Part shown: in pieces, positions 60,981-64,000 of the stretch | Layout of the letters: each line of letters begins with the position of its first letter | Position numbering within the stretch: the stretch's first letter is position 1 | Assembly: GCA_963828525.1 (NCBI GenBank) | Contig: CAWHEP010000001.1 | Location: 32,001 to 96,000, forward strand | Length of the DNA: 64,000 bases | Direction of reading: 5' to 3' | Source of the DNA: an uncultured Verrucomicrobiae bacterium | GTDB lineage: Bacteria > Verrucomicrobiota > Verrucomicrobiia > Chthoniobacterales > Chthoniobacteraceae | The notes under the pieces: model-generated | Told to the model about the DNA's origin: nothing | Databases searched by the model: none | What the model saw: only the letters and a program-made list of their open reading frames with translations | Position numbers and translations under genes: made by a program

Positions 60981-62753
60981 TCAACGCGGGAGGGGAAAAG
61001 CTCTTGTGAAAGCAAACACTCTGGAGCGAATCTTACGCAGCGCTCCCTCGTCCCCACGGCTCTGAAGCGCCTCGTGAATGAGATCGGCGATTTCCATCAT
61101 TTCCTCTTCCCGCATCCCGCGTGTGGTGACGGCGGGCGTGCCAATGCGGATGCCGCCGCCCTTGGTAATCGGCACAGTGTCAAAAGGAATGCCGTTTTTG
61201 TTAACAGTTATCGCGGCGCGATCCAGGATTTCCTGAGCTTCCTTGCCGGTGAGCTGCCGAGGACGGAGGTCTACAAGCATGAGGTGGTTATCGGTGCCGC
61301 CTGAAACGATTCGGTATCCATTTCTGGACATCGTCGCCGCCAGCGCCTTCGCGTTGCACGCGACTTGGGATTGGTAATCCTCGAACCCAGGAGACAGAGC
61401 TTCGCCCAGGCAAACGGCCTTCGCGGCAATGACGTGCATAAGAGGTCCCCCCTGGATGCCGGGGAACACCTGCGAGTCTATCTGTTTGGCAAATTTTTCT
61501 TTGCACAGGATAATGCCGCCCCGTGGGCCTCTGAGACTCTTGTGGGTGGTGGTGGTGACAAAATCGGCCATCGGGACAGGAGAAGGATGTACACCTCCGG
61601 CAACAAGACCGGCGATGTGAGCCATGTCCACGAACAGGTAAGCTCCAACGGAGTCGGCTATATCGCGCATCCTTTGGAAGTCGATGATGCGGGAGTAAGC
61701 AGAAGCACCGGCGGTGATCATCCGCGGCTTCACCTCGGCTGCCTGTCGCGCAAGGTCGTCATAGTCGATCATCTCCGTTTCTCTATGCACGCCGTAGTGG
61801 GAAACGTCGAAAAACCGCCCCGAGAAATTGGCTTTATTTCCATGGGTGAGATGTCCTCCGTGGGAGAGGTCCATCGTGAGGATCTTGTCTCCAGGCTGAA
61901 GCGCGCCGAAGTAAACAGCCATGTTTGCCTGGCTGCCACTGTGTGGCTGAACGTTGGCGTGTTCCGCTCCAAATAGCTTTTTCGCGCGATCGATCGCCAG
62001 TTGCTCAACAGTGTCCACATGTTCGCAACCGCCATACCATCGCTTACCGGGATACCCTTCGGCATATTTGTTCGTGAGAACGGAGCCCTGAGCTTCCATC
62101 ACTGCTCGGCTGGTGAAATTCTCCGAGGCGATCAGCTCGATATTGTCGAACTGCCTTTGGGATTCTGCCACGATTGCGGCGAAGATCTCCGGGTCAACGG
62201 AAGCAAGCGCGCCGGGGAGAAGAGGGGACGGTGCCGCAGGAGTGGATGTTTTCATGAGAGGAGTGGTGACGGGGGTGGAATGAAGATGCGAGTCGTTGTC
62301 GTCGATGAAAGCCAGTATGCTGGAAAGGGCCTGCTGAACCGTATCGCGGCACTGGAAATAAACCTCCAGGCCTTGGCCGATGGGATCAGGAACGTCTGGG
62401 GAATAGGTGGCGAGATCCGAGTCGAACTCACAAACAAGGTAGGTCTTGTTGGCGGCATGAGGAAATAACATCTGGATCGTCTCAAGATGGCCCCGGGTCA
62501 TGACGAAGATGAGGGTCGCTTCATCGACAATCTTATCCGTGAGCGGGCGGCTGCGCTGAGACGAGATATCGATTCCCCAAGGCCGCAAGACCTCGACTGC
62601 ATGCAGGCTTGGAGGCTGCCCCTGACTGGCTCCGACCCCTGCGGAACTGACTTCCAGATCATCTCGATCCTTGACCATATGGCGGAAGAGTCCTTCCGCC
62701 ATCGGGCTGCGACAAATGTTGCCGGTACAGACAAAAAGGATGTTCTTTTTCAA
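60981..62753 (-). CDS. glyA: Fusion of low-molecular-weight protein phosphatase and serine hydroxymethyltransferase
   Basis: VCTGNICRS and DVPDPIG; linker; [35 protein letters not shown]. Confidence 0.93.
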   Translation of the reverse strand: MKKNILFVCTGNICRSPMAEGLFRHMVKDRDDLEVSSAGVGASQGQPPSLHAVEVLRPWGIDISSQRSRPLTDKIVDEATLIFVMTRGHLETIQMLFPHAANKTYLVCEFDSDLATYSPDVPDPIGQGLEVYFQCRDTVQQALSSILAFIDDNDSHLHSTPVTTPLMKTSTPAAPSPLLPGALASVDPEIFAAIVAESQRQFDNIELIASENFTSRAVMEAQGSVLTNKYAEGYPGKRWYGGCEHVDTVEQLAIDRAKKLFGAEHANVQPHSGSQANMAVYFGALQPGDKILTMDLSHGGHLTHGNKANFSGRFFDVSHYGVHRETEMIDYDDLARQAAEVKPRMITAGASAYSRIIDFQRMRDIADSVGAYLFVDMAHIAGLVAGGVHPSPVPMADFVTTTTHKSLRGPRGGIILCKEKFAKQIDSQVFPGIQGGPLMHVIAAKAVCLGEALSPGFEDYQSQVACNAKALAATMSRNGYRIVSGGTDNHLMLVDLRPRQLTGKEAQEILDRAAITVNKNGIPFDTVPITKGGGIRIGTPAVTTRGMREEEMMEIADLIHEALQSRGDEGALRKIRSRVFAFTRAFPLPR

Positions 62754-62907
62754 GGCCTGAATCTGGGAACCAGATGATAGGGCGAAACCCCTGCAAGTCA
62801 AACCTGCTGCCTGTGACCCGAGGCGGCGGGGATCCCGGGCTATTCTGCAAATCCGCGGGAAGAAGTACGGGCTTGAGATGAAATAAGCGGAACGTTACGC
62901 TGGCTTC

Positions 62908-63369
62908 TTGCAATTGCCTCCTTTCTCTCCCCAAGTAATTGAGGCGATCTACCGCTTCGCTGTCATGCTGAGCGGAAACGAGGCAGCAGGATCGCGCGCG
63001 ATAGTGGACGCGATTCGCGAGTCCGCCGGTCAGACGGCGCAATTGCGAAGCGAGCGTCATCGCAATGCCTGGCTGGTGATGAAGGTGAGAGAAAATTGCA
63101 TGCGAGCGGAGAATCACCGGGAACCGGACGCGCCGGTAAGCGGCGCAGTCGAGGCGCAGGCTGCGGCGTTGGCAAATATCATCCATGAGCTGCCTGAGCC
63201 ACAACGCAGCGCGCTGGCTCTCTTTTATGTGAATATCTTCCCCGGAAGTGAAATAGCGGATCTTCTGAGATTGAAGCCTGCCCGGCTGGGGGAAGCTCTC
63301 GCTGAGGGCCGTGAACTGTTGCGTCTGCATCTAAGCGAACTGCCAAGTGGACAGGAGGCGCCGGGCTGA
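62908..63369 (+). CDS. ECF sigma factor-like protein (divergent)
   Basis: IYRFA..; region-4-like LPEPQRSALALFY..EIADLL..GRELLR; paired with membrane protein. Confidence 0.6.
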   Translation: MQLPPFSPQVIEAIYRFAVMLSGNEAAGSRAIVDAIRESAGQTAQLRSERHRNAWLVMKVRENCMRAENHREPDAPVSGAVEAQAAALANIIHELPEPQRSALALFYVNIFPGSEIADLLRLKPARLGEALAEGRELLRLHLSELPSGQEAPG

Positions 63370-64000
63370 TGAGAGCAGAAGAGGCAAGGAGTGTCCTGGC
63401 GGGATATCGCGCTGGGCAGCCAGCCGATGGGAAGGTGCAAAAGGCGCTCCGTCTCCTGGAGGGGGATGAGGCCTTGGGGCGCGCTTTTCGGGAGCAGAGC
63501 GCGTTTGATAACCAGGTTTTCGCGTGGATCCAGACGATCAAACCGCCACCGGGTCTGTTGCATAGGATCAACGATGCGGCAGCGGAGCCCGTCAGACCCA
63601 GGATCGATAAAGCGATTCTGAAGCAGCCGCCTGTGATCGCGGCCCTTATTGGCCTTGTGGTGATGCTGGGATTCCTCATCTTTTTCTGGTTCGACCACAT
63701 GGGGAGTTTCCCCGGGAGGGATGCGGTCTTTCGGATGATTGGGGTGACGCAGCAAATGAGCGGGGTGGAACTCGAGCCGCTCATCACCGAGTGCGAGAAG
63801 CTCGGCGATTGGCTCTACCTGAAGTACGGCTTGGAAGACTTCAACGCGCCCCCGGAGTTTTCGGGTAAAAAGACGGTCGGTTGCCGTGTTTACAAGCAGG
63901 ATGGTTGTCCCGTTGCGCAGGTTGCCCTGGAAGAGGCGACCGGCGCGGAAGGGATGGAGGGGAGCGGCGTGATCCTCTATATGTTCAGGGCAAGCGATTT
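63369..64000 (+). CDS. Putative membrane anti-sigma factor, runs off window end; absent from ORF track
   Basis: Open frame MRAEEARSVLAGYR..FD..PPPGL, one TM helix (IAALIGLVVMLGFLIFFW), periplasmic VGCRV. Confidence 0.6.
   Translation, partial: MRAEEARSVLAGYRAGQPADGKVQKALRLLEGDEALGRAFREQSAFDNQVFAWIQTIKPPPGLLHRINDAAAEPVRPRIDKAILKQPPVIAALIGLVVMLGFLIFFWFDHMGSFPGRDAVFRMIGVTQQMSGVELEPLITECEKLGDWLYLKYGLEDFNAPPEFSGKKTVGCRVYKQDGCPVAQVALEEATGAEGMEGSGVILYMFRASD

Overview
A GC-rich bacterial chromosome segment, most likely Verrucomicrobiota. That assignment is inferred from a Planctomycete/Verrucomicrobia-type (PVM) microcompartment operon, a MoxR/DUF58/BatA-vWA operon and a perfect TGTTC-N4-GAACA LexA box. 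The backbone carries frr-pyrH, a FIST/hybrid kinase pair, a SNF2 helicase, the PVM operon, the MoxR operon, an HtrA protease, recG-recJ, lhgO, rpoA-rplQ, hpnJ, lexA/dinB, a radical SAM-UdgX operon, zwf-opcA and an LMW-phosphatase-GlyA fusion. An accessory island of about 4.9 kb (38.0-43.0 kb) lies between diverged direct repeats. It holds a shortened RHS protein with a Pput_2613-type deaminase toxin tip. Overlapping its stop codon is an 80-aa gene that looks like a catalytically dead (HxE->HxC) copy of the same deaminase core, followed by an SMI1/KNR4-like immunity gene. The island also has remnants of a MobF relaxase, RAYT transposase ends and an IS end. The deaminase plus pseudo-deaminase pair is the best candidate for an undescribed system. 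Many single-base frameshifts, including one in ribosomal gene rplQ, suggest uncorrected sequencing errors, so split genes should not be read as pseudogenes. All family assignments come from motif recognition by eye; no searches were run.
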